Assembly: GCA_013239625.1 (NCBI GenBank)
Contig: MU053652.1
Span: 434,001 to 498,000 of the forward strand
DNA length: 64,000 nt
Direction: 5' to 3'
Source of the DNA: Lama guanicoe
Taxonomy: Eukaryota
Below are positions 63,254 to 64,000 of this stretch, piece after piece; positions within the stretch are counted from its first letter, which is position 1; every line of letters begins with the position of its first letter. The notes under the pieces were generated by a model. It saw only the letters and a list, made by a program, of their open reading frames with translations. It searched no databases and was not told the origin of the DNA. The position numbers and the translations under genes were made by a program.

Positions 63254-64000
63254 TTGCCGTTAGTATTTTTTTAATCTACTTCTGCCATGGGAAAAAAGAT
63301 ACCACATCCATCTCTCTTATTAACATAACCCATTATCTAGTAACTGGAGGCATGGCATCCATTAATAGCTCACTTTTGTGGGAAACATCATTTCCAGATT
63401 CCATTCTTAGGTTCTTCATTGTTGAGTAATTAAAAAACTAATAGTACTAACTAATTCCCTTTTCATAGTTAATCCCTTAGGATAAATAAAAGTTTATGGT
63501 AGGTTTGGGAGTGGGGGACTCTTTCAAGAAAGATGTTGAACAAATAAAAAGTGAGTTAACCATATCAGAGACTGCAATTAAATAACAAAATAAACAATAC
63601 TCGAAAGGTGATGGAAGTGTTACAAAACTGTTCTCTGACTTCTTGGTTTAAATGACCAATTAGCTCTACTTGAAGGTGTTTTTTTGAACCATGGACCCCC
63701 CTCTAAGTCACAGCACATCTACCATCATAGAGAAGCCTTCTGCCCTAGTGTCAGGCAGAAAAAGTCTTTGATTATTGCTCTCTCCAGTGGGCTTTGACTA
63801 GTGACCCAGAATGACAGGCTTCAAGTCCTTTAATAGGTCCCATGGGTGAGCTATTAACACTTCTCTTACCAGAATGTACCTGTAAATTCATCATAAATGT
63901 TCGATTTCAACCTAATTAAAAAGCTTCCCTTTCTGTTCAACAATTCTGTCACTATAACTAATTTCAACAGTCTAAAAATCCTCATCAGCAATTCTAGGTG

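Noticed and set aside
1..64000. A novel multi-gene system, operon, CRISPR array or similar
   Set aside because: Mammalian intron DNA. No regularly spaced repeat-spacer array and no long ORFs; the only supported protein-coding sequence is two EXOC4 exons.

Overview
Mammalian genomic DNA, most likely a camelid (alpaca/llama/camel), judging by six copies of a tRNA-Ala(AGC)-derived SINE. The whole window lies inside the EXOC4 (Sec8, exocyst subunit) gene on the minus strand. Only two coding exons are present: 62940-63095 (156 nt) and 40625-40803 (179 nt). They join in frame across a 22,136-nt GT-AG intron, and the next intron runs >40.6 kb off the left edge. The rest is intronic and rich in transposon fossils: L1, HAL1, L2, CR1/L3, MIR, MaLR/ERVL LTRs and hAT MER elements. 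Other ORFs in the track are chance ORFs or decayed transposon coding sequence. I found no evidence for a new biological system. The best second-look items are a fragmented ERV-L provirus (integrase and dUTPase remnants, PPT, 3' LTR) split by an L1, a very old 5S rRNA-derived fossil, a SINE 57 nt from an exon acceptor that supplies an in-frame ATG, inverted SINE/L1 pairs, a sense LTR with an intact poly(A) signal, and an ~89-bp tandem duplication. Repeat subfamily names come from recalled consensus sequences, and repeat boundaries are approximate unless a TSD is given.
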